Shown in pieces: positions 11,671 to 25,045 of a stretch of DNA of 64,000 bases. Under the pieces are notes generated by a model, which was not told the origin of the DNA, searched no databases, and saw only the letters and a list, made by a program, of their open reading frames with translations. Within the stretch, counting starts at the first letter, position 1. Every line of letters starts with the position of its first letter. A program made the position numbers and the translations under genes. The stretch comes from Octopus vulgaris (lineage: Eukaryota), in NCBI GenBank assembly GCA_951406725.2, contig OX597820.1:125116001-125180000 (forward strand). The letters run 5' to 3'.

Positions 11671-12192
11671 ATATATAAATATATATATCGTTGCTCACAC
11701 GCGACCATCATCCCTCTTTCTTTTCTACATTTGAGCATCTTTCTTTTCTTGCACGACGTCCTGAGGACTGGATGTCTTCTATATCTCTCTTCTATCCTTG
11801 AACTGTTCAAAGAGAATATTTCTCCCGCCGTTCACTATTTTCACGACCCTCCATGTTTGTTTTCGTTTGGTTTCCTAATATCAAGCCGTCCGCTTTATTC
11901 ATGAGTTCCAGTTGCTAGTCTTCGGACTGCAAGGCATTGAACCTACTTTTGGTTTTATATAGTCTATGGTGAGGAAAGAACTTCTAAGTCATCATCAGTA
12001 TGATTCCTCTTGAAGAATAACAATTCTGTAATCTATAAACTATGGAATGACTCTTTAGATTAATGTAAAATTGATTTTACTATAACTGGATATAAAACAT
12101 TAATATATACATACATATATATATACATGTATATAAATTTCACATATAGAGGTGAAATCTTTAAACCATTCTCCATCTCTACATATTTGTCT

Positions 12193-12233
<41 letters not shown>

Positions 12234-12949
12234 GTATATATATATATATATATATAGTTGTGTGTGTGTGTGTGCGCGTGTGTGTGTGTGCGCGTGTGTG
12301 TGTGTATGTGTGAATTCCGTTAATATATCACCTTATTACTTTTTGTTTGCGCAAGCACTTAGAAGTATACAAATATCTATCTTATTGATCGTAAGTTGCA
12401 TGTTAGTTCTTTCATTTGATGTTATTAATTTGCTCCAGCAAATTATTCTGAATATTTCAAAAATAATTGATATCAGTATGTTCTTACATGCCATATTAAT
12501 TCTATTAATAACTACATAAAAAAAAATTAGTGGAATATATAAACTTCTAAAGGTCATTGGACGAGTAATAAATGTCAAACAGAACTTCCGAAACAGAGAA
12601 AAATGGCAAACGATGGAGCTCACATAGAAGGAGATGCATCTTTGATTTTAATGAAACAATAACGTACTATAAAGGAAAATCTTTTCTAGGAACATCGAAG
12701 GATATAAATCCGATTGTAAAATGGGAACTTTTGCACCATGAGATCAAGTTTGCTGCAAGGTATTGCAGTCTTAACAATTATTTTGTATTTTATTATTATA
12801 ACTATTACTGTGCTCTTGGAGGTGCATTTATTGTTCCACAAATTGTCAAGTGAATAGTTACATGATCAAAATTCTTCTGTCGTTGACTTCCTCAGACTTT
12901 TGGGGTGTTTATCACTACTACAGTAAATATGATATTTTCCCGTTCATTT

Positions 12950-13400
12950 TAATAAAATGTAATTTGTGATTTGAGGAAGAAGAAGCCGCAATTTTTCGAA
13001 TGCACTGCAACATTGTTGCTTGTCATTAAACATATATTAGGTGTGTTATAGCGAAAATATACGAAGGCAAGTCTATCCAACTGTGGTATTTCCGTCTTTT
13101 TCTCGTGAATAAAACACCAAAGACTGTTCCGCATTTTACAGTAATTTATCCTTCCAATCTGTTCTTTCGAGTTTGATAACAGGGAGGGCATATTCAAGCA
13201 AATTTAACGGATACTGCTGCAAATTTCATATTTCCAAATCATGAGAGTGACGAAATCTTGTATATTGAGTTTTCCAAAATGCCCTGTTTTTGTGTCTGTT
13301 GTTGTCTGCATAACGGTTGGTTCTTATTGATAAGGTACATGTTGAAAAGCGCTAGATCTGGGATCTGTCCGCATTTTCAATAAATTTAGAACATGGAGAT
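12950..13400 (-). mobile_element. Possible hAT transposase C-terminal remnant
   Basis: Weak resemblance to the hAT dimerisation region (LNMPS.., LDRLAFVYF); many stops. Confidence 0.25.
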
Positions 13401-13866
13401 CCCTATGATATGAGAGAAATTTATAACACGTCGAACGAACAGTTGGAAACTACTACGATATGGGAATGATTTACTGCAACACAATCATAGTCGAAAGATC
13501 CGAATGTTGCGTGATCAAACAATGTTTGTTGTTATATGGGCTTAATTGTTATAATATGTTGTATTATCAAAACATCACAGACTAATGCAATTAGTTGCAC
13601 AAAGTCTACCACCGATAATGAGTTTTACGAAGATAATTATTATCTGTATAAATATAATAATAGAGATAAATTCGAAATGATTAGCTCTTACACTGACATA
13701 AACAAAGACAGCACAATAAAACACGGTGTTATAAGATACATCTAAACACACGTCATTATATACAGGAATAAATACATATATCTATATATGCATATGGAGA
13801 TGTATATAAGTGTATGTATGAGTATAAACATTTAAATATACATGTGTGTATCTATCTATCTATCTA

Positions 13867-13916
<50 letters not shown>

Positions 13917-13938
13917 CGTGTATGTATACATACCCATG

Positions 13939-14000
<62 letters not shown>

Positions 14001-14089
14001 CATATATATATGAACAGATACGAAAATGTGTGTTTGCATACATGCATATATTCATGTGTCAGATAGATCGCTAGACACTAAACCTTTTT

Positions 14090-14270
14090 TAATTTTTCTC
14101 TCTGTTTTTCTGTGTTTCCTTTCTGTCGAAGAGCTTAGGCTCGAAACGTAAACGACTTTCTCACTTCCGGAGCGTTAAAAACAAATACATCTGTTTTTTT
14201 TTACTCACCTCGTCTTCGTCTTTTGTCTTTTTTGTAAATTCTCCCGCATAGCGCAGTCGGTCGATCATCA
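14090..14270 (+). mobile_element. PLE pLTR-like repeat with a variant hammerhead motif at 14118-14155
   Basis: ctgtcga-a-gagcttaggctc-gaa-acgt-a; same family as 40840-41070 (-). Confidence 0.65.
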
Positions 14271-14272
14271 GA

Positions 14273-14359
<87 letters not shown>

Positions 14360-14863
14360 ATATATATATGTGTATATATATGTATATATATATATACGAT
14401 AAGTAAATGGAGGAACAATAACAATAAGAAGTGTCTTTTGTGCTAGGAAGCCCTTATTTAATTAGTTAAGAAAGGTGAGAGAGAGTGAGTTTACGTTTCT
14501 GTTTACCCTAGTGAGGGAAATATATGTTTTCCTCACCATGGCACACATAAAACATCGTAACCTCACTCTGACTCTCACCTTTTTAAGTAATTATGCAATG
14601 GCGTCCTAGCGCAAAACATACACGTCTTATTGTCATTTTCCCTCAATTTTCTTATCATCTATTTAAAATAAACTACGGTTTAACCGCCAAATTATCTGCT
14701 GCCATATAACTTTTTCCGAGGACTATTACTACTGAGGTAATTACCAGGAGTGCCTTTAGATATATGTATCCCTTGGATGTTTTAATCACCTGTAACTTAT
14801 ACCTGCATATATATATATAAATATAAATAAATATTAATAAATGTATATATATGTATATATGTA

Positions 14864-14938
<75 letters not shown>

Positions 14939-14988
14939 ATATGTGTGTGTGAGTGTGGATATATATGTGTGTGTGTATATATATGTGA

Positions 14989-15062
<74 letters not shown>

Positions 15063-17633
15063 ATGTGTGCATGCATACACAAGCCGTCACACAAAATCAC
15101 ACATGATGTCAGAGCAGAAAATGATTATTTCTTCCTCAATTAAATATGAAAAATCTTCATCAGCGCTGCTCTCCTTCCTCGTGAATCAACAGAAAATCAT
15201 TGGTACAAACATGCTCACTCATACATGCCTCCTTCACGTTACGTGCCTCAGCTAACGGGATTTCATGAACGGAACATAAAAATTACTAGAGGATTTCACA
15301 ATGAGTTCAGTACCTATAGAGAGCTGTAAATGAGATGATCCGTCATAAAAGCAAAAGATTAGGATGATTTTCAGTTCCCAAGCTGATGTTCATGACTATT
15401 AATATTGTCTCTGAACCTCAATACTCATCATATTTCGTGTTAAGAATCTACTCTTACAATAGAACGATTCTATTTCCATAACTTAGTGTTTGTGCTTTTA
15501 TGTGATTATATTGTACCGTGTGTATTTAGAAATAATTATTTGCAGCTGTTATTTATTGTTATCTTGCTCTTCTCTATTTTGTTAAATGCTCGTAGGAAAC
15601 CATTCCTACTTCATATGAAGATCAATGGGAAAATGAATAACGCAGTACGAAATTTCGCGTTACGGCCAGCTCTTCAGGGACGCATTATTTCCACTAAGCG
15701 AGGAATTTCTATATTTCAGAATAATGTTGTCAGATAAGCAATTCTAGTCATTGCTTCCAGCTTTGCCCTTTATCCGCCTTTTTCTCCTCCACCCCCAGAA
15801 TAAACTGTACAGCTTTCATGCGTTTATTTGTGTTCCTTACGCTTTACTTTGCGTTTAATAACAGAATCTTCTACAAAGCAGTCACAATCAGGCCATTTGC
15901 TTCGCGTAGTTGTTTGAGGAAAACTTCTTTACAGTAGTTTCACATGCCTTCCTCGACAATTTCTAAAACTGAGATCGCTGTAAATCTTACGATATATTTG
16001 CTTTTTTTAATGTTCGACATTAAGATCGCATGTCCCAACCAAAGCAAAAGCGACTCCAGCTGTGTAAACTAAGTAATGAAAATATTTGCACACTCTAGTG
16101 CCTCTTGGCTTTGGCTAGCGTCTCACGAAAGAATGTTCATTTCTGATCGTTGCTGCTGCAACTAGCAGCTTGGTTATTAGCATCTTGGTTATTTTCGTTC
16201 GTTCATAGGGTAACTGGCAGTTTATCAGGTTTATGATGTGCCTATAATACACTGTGTATTATGTATTAGTCGGAGTGCTGTCGTCATCTTGGTCGTTGAA
16301 GAAGAAAAAACTATATATTCATAAGAAGAAAGAGCATAAAAATATTCTGTATAGTGAAAACAACGGAATTCTGAAAATCTTCCCCGACAGGAAATAATGA
16401 TAAAAATAATAATGAATTTTTAGAAATTCGATAAGAACATATGCACCAGAAAATTAACAAATAATTTTATTATCAAGTCAGGAATTAGATTCAAATATTG
16501 AATATGAGATATATTATAGTTAGGTTGAACTGAGACTCAAGGGTAATTAGATATGATTTTAGGCATTCAACGGCAGATATATGAAGGCAAATAAAGGAGA
16601 AAATTGTTAATATTATTATTGCTTTTATCATTATTATTACTATTATTATTACATTTGTTGTTGTTATTGTTGTTGTTGTTAATATTATCCTGCACACACA
16701 TGCACACACACACACACATTCCCTCATACACATACACTATTCTCATGTAGATGGGAAAACAAGATAACGACATTTAGAATGCACAAACCCAAATTCTGGC
16801 AAATGAATAGAGAATACGGAGCTGTAATTTCTAAAACTAGAATATCATTGTTAACATATTTACTATGGAACTAGAAAAATACCAAGTAAAAGCACAAAGG
16901 GAAACATGCAATTTCATAAAAAGTTTACGAGTAAAACAAACATACTAATTTTTGTTTTTCAAGGATGCCAAGAAATATAAACCAAAGGCTGAAGTAACTG
17001 ACACAAATTAGCATGGAGAAGAAGCATGCGCAACGATAACAAGAAAACGAAAACATTTAAAATGCCGAAAGAGCTGAAAACGGGATTAAGAATGACATGC
17101 TAAAGCGATAGGAAGTAAATCACTAACATGGCCTATACCTGACAAGACTGAAAATTGCAAAAGTGATTAATAGAAAAACTTAGCAGAAGCTTCAGAGTGC
17201 GGGAATCAAAGTTTAGACCAAAGGAAAAATTTATTGCAGTAGGATAATCAAATAAATAAATAAATAAATAAAAATAAAAATAAAAACGTAAAAACATAAG
17301 ATGAACCATGAGAGAAAGACTAACAGCAGATCATGCGAAAGGAGGTTGAGCAGAAACAATCAATCAAATCGTTTACAGAGATCCTGTTTTAGTTCCAATA
17401 CAATATATATGTATATATGCGTGTGTGTGCATATATATACATGCATTCATATATATGTATATATATATACACATAGACACACATTATATATATGCTTGTG
17501 CGTGTATATATATATATATATATACACATATAAATATATATATACTCAGACATATAAATATGTGTGTGTATATATGTGTGAATGAACGCATATGTATATA
17601 TATTTATATATAAATATTTATGCACATGCACCC

Positions 17634-17635
<2 letters not shown>

Positions 17636-17712
<77 letters not shown>
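17636..17712. repeat. Pure (TA)n tract
   Basis: Directly visible. Confidence 0.95.
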
Positions 17713-17715
<3 letters not shown>

Positions 17716-17839
17716 AGTAATTTACAGAAATTTACAGAAAGAGAGAGCCCCAAAAATAGAGAGAAATATATAAAAAACTAACAGCTTTATATCGCTGTGT
17801 AGTGGAATTGAAAGAAACATTTTGAAATCCCCAATGAAA

Positions 17840-18200
17840 AAAGTGATGCAACAAATGTGCGTAAGAACAAGTGTGACGGAGAATGACTAAGGAGTATACT
17901 CTCAGACATGCCAATATCTATAGACAAAGAGGTTACGGCAAACTCAGAGGATATTGCTGTCAAAAGGCAGTCAAGAAACGATATGTCTTATAATCGATTT
18001 ATCAATTCTAACCGACAGCACGATATCTCCGAATGTATTGTTTAAATTATCGAAATTTAAAGGTTAGGAATTAGAGACAGGGAATATGCAGAGATTGAAA
18101 ACAGATATATCAAAAAGGGAGGAAGCTAAAACAAGAGGGCAGAGACGCAGCATGGAAGACTAAAAGACATTGCGCATATAGTAAGCTCAATACAATAATA
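17840..18200 (+). mobile_element. R4/Dong-like LINE, C-terminal restriction-like endonuclease remnant
   Basis: Peptides ILSDMPISIDKEVTANSEDIAVK and ICLIIDLSILTDSTISPNVLFKLSKFK match the RLE pattern ILWD.PI.TD..I.AN.PDI / LIDI.IP.D....KE.EK..KY. Confidence 0.6.
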
Positions 18201-18256
18201 AAACCACCTTTGAAATAAAACAACTGCCGCATGGATTTGTGAAATCACACTAATAA

Positions 18257-18480
18257 TATTAATGGTTCGAAATTTTGGCACAAGATCAGCAATTTCAGGG
18301 AATGGGGAATGTCGATTACGTTGAGTTCAGCATACAGCTTGCATTTATTTAACCCCCACCCTCCACCCAAACGATAAAAGGCTAGGTCTACTTTTGCGGA
18401 AATGGAACTCAGAACATAAACACGGACGAAATGCCGCTAAGCATTTTGCCCGTCCGTGCCAAAGATTCTGCCTACTCGAC
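18257..18480 (-). mobile_element. SINE family B copy, diverged
   Basis: Reverse complement resembles 6829-7055 (gcaaaatgcttagcggcatttcgtc...ttctgagttc). Confidence 0.75.
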
Positions 18481-18796
18481 GCATTAGTAACAACAGGAAC
18501 AAAACAAAAATAATAATAATAATAATAATAATAATAAAGGGATGTCACGAACGTCTACATAAGATTATAGGTGAACCATGTCTCAGAGAAAATCCAAAAG
18601 ATTATACTGACACGTACTGACCACATCCTTAGAAAAACTATATACATTAAAATTTTTGCGTTGTATTACATGAAGATACCTCGCTACTTCCCCTCAACAA
18701 GCTTTCAGTTATATTGTAACATCATTTATCCTTCTCTTGCTCTAGGACGTTTGGTGTGTCTCGGCAAGTGATTGTAGTAAACATGCATATTATAAG

Positions 18797-18857
18797 TAAT
18801 AATAATAATAATAATAATAATAAGAAGAAGAAGAAGAAGAGGAAGAATATGAATAAC

Positions 18858-18901
<44 letters not shown>

Positions 18902-18905
18902 TAAT
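18797..18905. repeat. (AAT)/(AAG) compound microsatellite
   Basis: Directly visible. Confidence 0.95.
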
Positions 18906-19169
18906 AAGAATAAGAATATTATATATTATATTATTATTACCAACGTTCCCTCAATGTTTCACTGTTCTTCTTCTTTTTTTTGTTATCTTTGTTGACTTTG
19001 ATATAACAAGCAACGGGAGACCTTGTATAAAACGAACAAACGACAGAGAACAAGTAACGGATTCATTTCTCTTTATTGAGAATGATGACATCTGAGTTCA
19101 AAAGTTCTGTTCGCTTCCACGTTTAACGATGTCTTTCATCGTTGTCATTTTATTCGTTTTATTCGTTCT

Positions 19170-21345
19170 ATAGGACATTTCAAATTGAATGAGGACTCCA
19201 ACGCTGGTGTTCCTTGAGAGATACAGCCTATAGATCCTAATTTTGGGTAATGCATGCTGCTTGATGTCATCGGTTTCCTGGTATTTACGTCCATACGTCG
19301 TAGTTCATTCAAATCCCAACTGACATTAAGGCTATAGCGGAGAAATGGTATTGCCAGCTAGTTTATAGCTAGAGTTCAGCTCATTATTCAGGATATTTCT
19401 GTCGCATCAATAATATTAATTCCTGAAGTTCTCTTTTATTGGTCAGTGCTGGAACTCTATCCATGTCTTTACTCCAAGTCTTCTTGATCCAGGTCCTTTA
19501 TAGTTGTGTCATTATCAAGTTGGGGGCAGGTATTAGCTGTCAGTTTACCGCGTCTTAATATAATTTTTGCACACTTATCTAGGCCAAATTCCATATTGAT
19601 GTTATCATTGCACTGTTTCACAGTTACCAGTAATCATTTCAGATCCTTGTCATCTTTTGCATATAATTTCAGATCATCCATGCAGTGTGAGATGATCTTA
19701 TCAAACATTTTGTTCCCGTAATTTGTTCTATTCAACTCGTGAGATAAGGGAATAAGGGAGAGACAGAAGAAAAGAGGGGAGAGGGAATCGTCCTAGAATA
19801 TTTCATGACACATAGCTGTCTTTATGATCCAGCTATGTGGGGAAAATATTAAACGCCTTAAAATAGTCAATCCATGTTATGATATGATTTCGTCTTTTTG
19901 ATCAGTAATTTTCACGTATCATACTCTTTATTAACAGCTTTGCACTTACATGGTTTCTTTTGTAACATTTTGTTCAAGATGAAATGAGTTATTTCAATCG
20001 AGAATTTGGTGTATCCATTCGATGAGGATGCATGTAAGTAATTTGTATATAGTTACCAAGCAACTGATCGGCCTATAATTATTTGGATCTTTTGTGTCAC
20101 TTCTTTGGGGAGTAAGTATGGTATCCCTAAATGTGGACAGGCCTTGAGTCCTTTAGGGATTCCTGATAAAATCAGAGAAATATTCCGTTAACTAGCAGTT
20201 TGATTATAAGAGACTATTAAGCCATAATTTGTGAGTCTCAGATAGAACCTGTTCTTCAATCTCATTCCTTATTCTCCTCTCCCTACCCATTTAGCTTCCA
20301 CGTTAAGTTCTTTTCTATTGCTTTATATACTTTCCAAAAATGTCAGTATTTCACGTGAGACTTTTGCGTCGTTTGACGGTTTCCCTAACTCTCTATAGAA
20401 TTTCTTAGCAGCCATTTTAAATATCTTACTTTGTCTGTAAAATTTGTTTCTGCTTTCATTTCTGCGTAAGCCGTAAGCGTTGGGCGTTAACCTGAACTTT
20501 TTGCTCGACTATCTCTTTTGCCTCCAGTCTCCATTCATGCTTAACTGATTGTCCTTTTACTTCATCTTTCTTTTGTTACATTCTCGTATTTACATTATTT
20601 TCTTTGTTTGCCTAAAACTGATAATTCCCATTAATTTCCTGACTTATTCTCTTTATATGTTGGCGATTCGAGTCCTGTTCTAAGAGTTTTTTTTCTTTAG
20701 TCCGACGCCTTTTTCTCTATATGGAAGCAATAAATATTGAGTACATAAAATAGTTTAACGAAGTTAAGTGTGTCCCAGTTTCAAAGAGAAGCTGCCTCAT
20801 GGCATAGTCATATATGTTGAACGTACAACAATTTTATTTGGGTTCTGAAACTTTGGTAATTGATCTCATTCAATTGTAGATTTTTAGAAACGCCCAACAA
20901 GATATCGACTTTTGCCTCAAGTATCTTCTATCTACTGGCTACAGCCATTGAAGCTTCCGGTTTATTTCTAGTTTCCATTACCTTATTTTCAGCTATCTAC
21001 TACTTCATGTTCTAAGAACCCTGCATTATGCTGAAAGCTGTATTTATCAATATATTGATAATGATTTTCAGTTCCTTATTCCCAGTGCTTGCATCTACTG
21101 TTTCAACCAGATTTTCTGGGATGGAAGTGATTTCATTTTCTTTGTTTCTAATTCCGCAGGTGTTAGATGTATTTTACGCATGATGTTTATGTTCAGTCAG
21201 TTGCATTACCTCCTGATTGGTTCACTGCTATATAGAATGCTGTCATGACTTGTTCACAATCCCTTGACACGCATCTATTTCTTTTGATGTTTCTTTAATG
21301 TGGTGTTTATCATAATGTGTCATAGTTCATTTCTCGGTTCTAATT
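19170..21345 (-). mobile_element. R4/Dong-like non-LTR retrotransposon, decayed (N-terminus through RT)
   Basis: Minus-strand peptides YLLPKRSDTKDPNNYRPISCLVTIYKLLTCIL, DSLSP and ISHCMDDLKLYAKDDKDL..LLVTVKQCNDNINMEFGLDKCAKIILRRGK. Confidence 0.85.
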
Positions 21346-21349
21346 TTGC

Positions 21350-21351
<2 letters not shown>

Positions 21352-21442
<91 letters not shown>

Positions 21443-21478
21443 GTTATTATTATTATTATTAATAATAATATTATTATT
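21352..21478. repeat. (ATT)n microsatellite
   Basis: Directly visible; source of the poly-L and poly-N ORFs. Confidence 0.95.
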
Positions 21479-22003
21479 GAGTGAGAGAGCAGTACATGCC
21501 ATCAAAGTGACACTGGGGTAAAATATACGAAGCCCAATATACCCATCATGACTACGCGTCTGATAAGGGTACACCAGGCACATGCATCACAACCATATTT
21601 GCGCGACATGGTGATCTCATATCAAGATAAACAGCACATAACCTTGCAGGTCCCTGAATAAGGGTTGTTTAGGGATGTTGAAAGAACCACCCATGTTTCC
21701 AGAGGTGAATTATTCAAACCCCAAAGAATCACTCTCAACACATGGCTATGATGCTCCCCCACTACTTCTGCTCGTGATCAGAGATGCACATATCGTCAGC
21801 CACTAAGGGACATGCTCAACTGGTTAAGGTCAAACAACTGACAAGCAAATCTGTGGTATTGAGCAGAATATTTGCTGTAGCCCATCTTTTATACCAAGAC
21901 AAAACAACGTACGTAAAAACACTTCCAATCAGTTAAGATCAGAAGCCATGAGAGCCACTGTCTGGTACTGCATCAGGGCATTTATACTGCATCAGAGTAT
22001 TTA
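21479..22003. mobile_element. TAA-embedded non-coding repeat, copy 1
   Basis: gagtgagagagcagtacatgccatcaaagtgacac...gtactgcatcagggcat; homologous to 22190-22770 and flanked by ATT repeats. Confidence 0.8.
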
Positions 22004-22051
22004 TTACTATTATTATTGTTGTTATTATTATTGTTGTTGTTGTTGTTGTTG

Positions 22052-22106
<55 letters not shown>

Positions 22107-22123
22107 TATTATCATCATTATTA

Positions 22124-22189
<66 letters not shown>
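22004..22189. repeat. (ATT)/(GTT)/(ATC) compound microsatellite
   Basis: Directly visible. Confidence 0.95.
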
Positions 22190-22770
22190 GAGAGTGAGAG
22201 AACAGTGCATGCCATCAAAGTGACACTGTAGTAATATATAGAAAGCCCAGTATACCTATCATGATTACCGGTGTGATAAGGGTTCGCGAGACACATGAAT
22301 CACATCCATATGTGTGCGTCATGGTGAGCTCATATCAAGGTAAACAGCGCATGAACTTGCAGGTGGGAGCGAAGCTAGAAATCTCTTCATGTCGAGTAGC
22401 CCATCCCGCTCAAAAAGTCCCTCAACAAGTGTTGTTTAAGGATGCTCAACGAAGCAACCATGTTTCCGGGTGTGAATAATTTAAACCCCGAATAATTCCT
22501 CTCAACGCATGGCTATGATGCTTCCACACTGCTTCTGTTCGTGAATAGAGATGCAAATCTCCTCATCCACTAAGAGGCATGCTCAATTGATTAAGGTGAA
22601 ACAACTGACAAGCAAATCTGCGGTATTTGAGCAGAATATTTGCTGTAGCCTATCAATAACACATCAAAGACAAATGCTGTAGACCATCAAATGCAATACA
22701 TGTACAGGATAACATTCCCAAACATTTAAGATCAGAATCCAAGACAGCCAGTGCCTGGTATTGCATCTAG
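22190..22770. mobile_element. TAA-embedded non-coding repeat, copy 2
   Basis: Homologous to copy 1 along its length, with an extra ~50 bp after cttgcaggt; flanked by ATT repeats. Confidence 0.8.
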
Positions 22771-22999
22771 TATTATTATTGTTGTTGTTCTTGTTGTTGC
22801 TATTACGATAGTTATTATTAGCGTTGTTTTTGTAAGATTCTTACAATATACAACAAAATAGCTGTTTCCAGAACTATTTGTATTTCGGTATCTGCTGACG
22901 ATACTTTTTCAGCTTCAAATGCATCGAAGCACAAGTTCTAATGCTAACTAGGATTATCGTGATTTCTTCTGGAAGTATAAGCCCTCCACCTGGAATCTC

Positions 23000-24000
23000 A
23001 GTTTTTGGTTCTGCAGGGAAGGTTATCTTTCTGAATCTCTTTCTAGACAATGCTTTGTTCTCTTGTGACGATAATAGTATATGGATAACTTGGCATTCTT
23101 ATCTATTCCTCTTCATAACTACAATATATAGTTTGTTATTCTTAATCGGCCCTGAGTGTTTAAATAATGCAGTTGGAAAATAACGTAGGGTTGTCTGTCA
23201 ACAAGCACACTTGCAAGATACAAGAACAGATCTATATTTCTTATACAAATATCAGTGAATATAGAGACTAGCACTGTCACATTACCTTTTGTACTGTATG
23301 CACGAATGAGCCCTACTCAGTAAGTTCGTAATAATTCGAGACTGTAATATTAAATTCATATAAATAACAACTCGCACAGTTTTAATCATGTTTTATAAAT
23401 CATGTTTTATAGCCAGCCGTACGGCGAAAATCATCATTTTGTGTACGTCTTCCCTTCTGAAAAATAAAACAACACGAAATTATAAATATAATTTCTTTAA
23501 GGATTATTCCTCACAATAATCATTGGTACTGAAAACATCTAAGGGGTGATGGATATCTGATAAATCGAAGCTTAAACTGCACCCTACTATCTTAGAGTTG
23601 GTCAAAAATGTATTAGTTTTAACCAGGGATATTACATCTAAACTCAGAAGTTTAAATGGTCGCTGTGTGAATGCACTTGACCTCATATCGAAAACGACAC
23701 AAAACATACGCCAGGAAAATCAATAATTTCGATGTTTATTAGCCTTCATATTAATCTACACATTCTTTGTATCGATTTCATTATGACTAAATGGATCTTG
23801 CTATAATGAAAGAGCCAGTTTAGCCGAAAGAATCGGTCAAGGTACGGACAATATGATTGACAGTATAGTCATGTCCCTCTACCTACTGTGCATTTTCAGA
23901 TTCGATACAAGAAGTACCAGTTAATGAGTACTGAGTTCTTCGATATAATAATATATGACAACCTTCCCAAAATGGGTGATCGAACATATCGACTGTTTTC
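23000..24000 (+). mobile_element. Possible hAT transposase remnant
   Basis: LELVKNVLVLTRDITSKLRSLNGRCVNALDLI and DNMIDSIVMSL resemble the hAT insertion domain; heavily degraded. Confidence 0.3.
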
Positions 24001-24908
24001 CTTCTATATAAAAAGAAAAGCGACTTAATAGCGTATCTAAGTGAGAAATTACTATTGTGTTTGTTGTTTCTGCCGTATGTGCGTGTGTGTGCTTGTATTC
24101 ATATTTCGATGTATGTTGTGTTGTGTCTAACGAATCAATTCAATTATTCTCTTCGTTGCTGTCTAGCTAGTTATAATGATTTCATATAACGAATATAAAA
24201 GAAACACACCTCATGTGCCGATAAGTTTCAAATGACGATACAATACATCAAACGGTGTTGTAACAGGAAAATAAATCAACTTCTTGTCGAAACAAGAAAT
24301 GAAACTGACCAAAAGTGAAAAAAAAGTTAATGGAGGAAATTAGATTATTAGTAGCTTACGCAAAATATCATAGCCGACCTTAGCAAAAACAGCACTTTGT
24401 TCCTGCCCACAAAAACACTGTAAGGTTTATATTTGTGCTGTTTTACATCTATATTGTTCTATGTAATTTGGAATTGTACAGAAATCAATGTTCGATGTAT
24501 TAGAAGGAAACTACAAACGTCTGCACATCGACTTCAAACAACAATTGCTTTAGTTGTCTTGGTTAGATGTTTTTGTTCTTATTCTTTAGTATTCCTTCAC
24601 TACTCCAATCATTTTATCTCGTTTTATTTGATTATTAATATTATTTTTTTTTTATTTTGATAGGTATCATTTTGAAGTAGAGTGACCATTGTCGGATACA
24701 ATTAGATAGGAGTCGAACAAATACATTTAGATTTCTTTTTTTTTTTTGGTGCTGTTAGTTGTGTGCTATTGGTGGTGGTGTTGGTGAAACTTTGTCGTTT
24801 GATTGATTAGAATACTATAAATGTATAAAATGTTGCGTATTTTCTTAGATCAGTATAAAGCTCACACATGTGCATACATACACTCATATTTCAATTTCTC
24901 TCTCTCCC

Positions 24909-24940
<32 letters not shown>

Positions 24941-24996
24941 ACAAAGTGAAGTTGTAGGGTATATATATATGCTTATTGGTATAGAGATATATGTAT

Positions 24997-25045
<49 letters not shown>

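Noticed and set aside
16244-16262. 19-bp palindrome ataatacac-t-gtgtattat (also the 9-bp stem at 54781-54811)
   Set aside because: Short and AT-rich, expected by chance in 64 kb; no Helitron CTRR end follows.
15600-17400. Old LINE remnants
   Set aside because: The composition is suggestive, but no diagnostic motif was recovered.
21740-21860. HDV-like ribozyme or U1 snRNA similarity in the TAA-embedded unit
   Set aside because: A P1-like pairing (GTCAGTT/GGCTGAC) exists, but P3, L3 and the CNRA-P2' segment fail. The U1 match is only TAGTGGGGGA.
22880-22915. CTGAAAA-agtatc...gatacc-GAAA hammerhead-like string on the minus strand
   Set aside because: G8 is missing, and neither stem I nor stem III forms.
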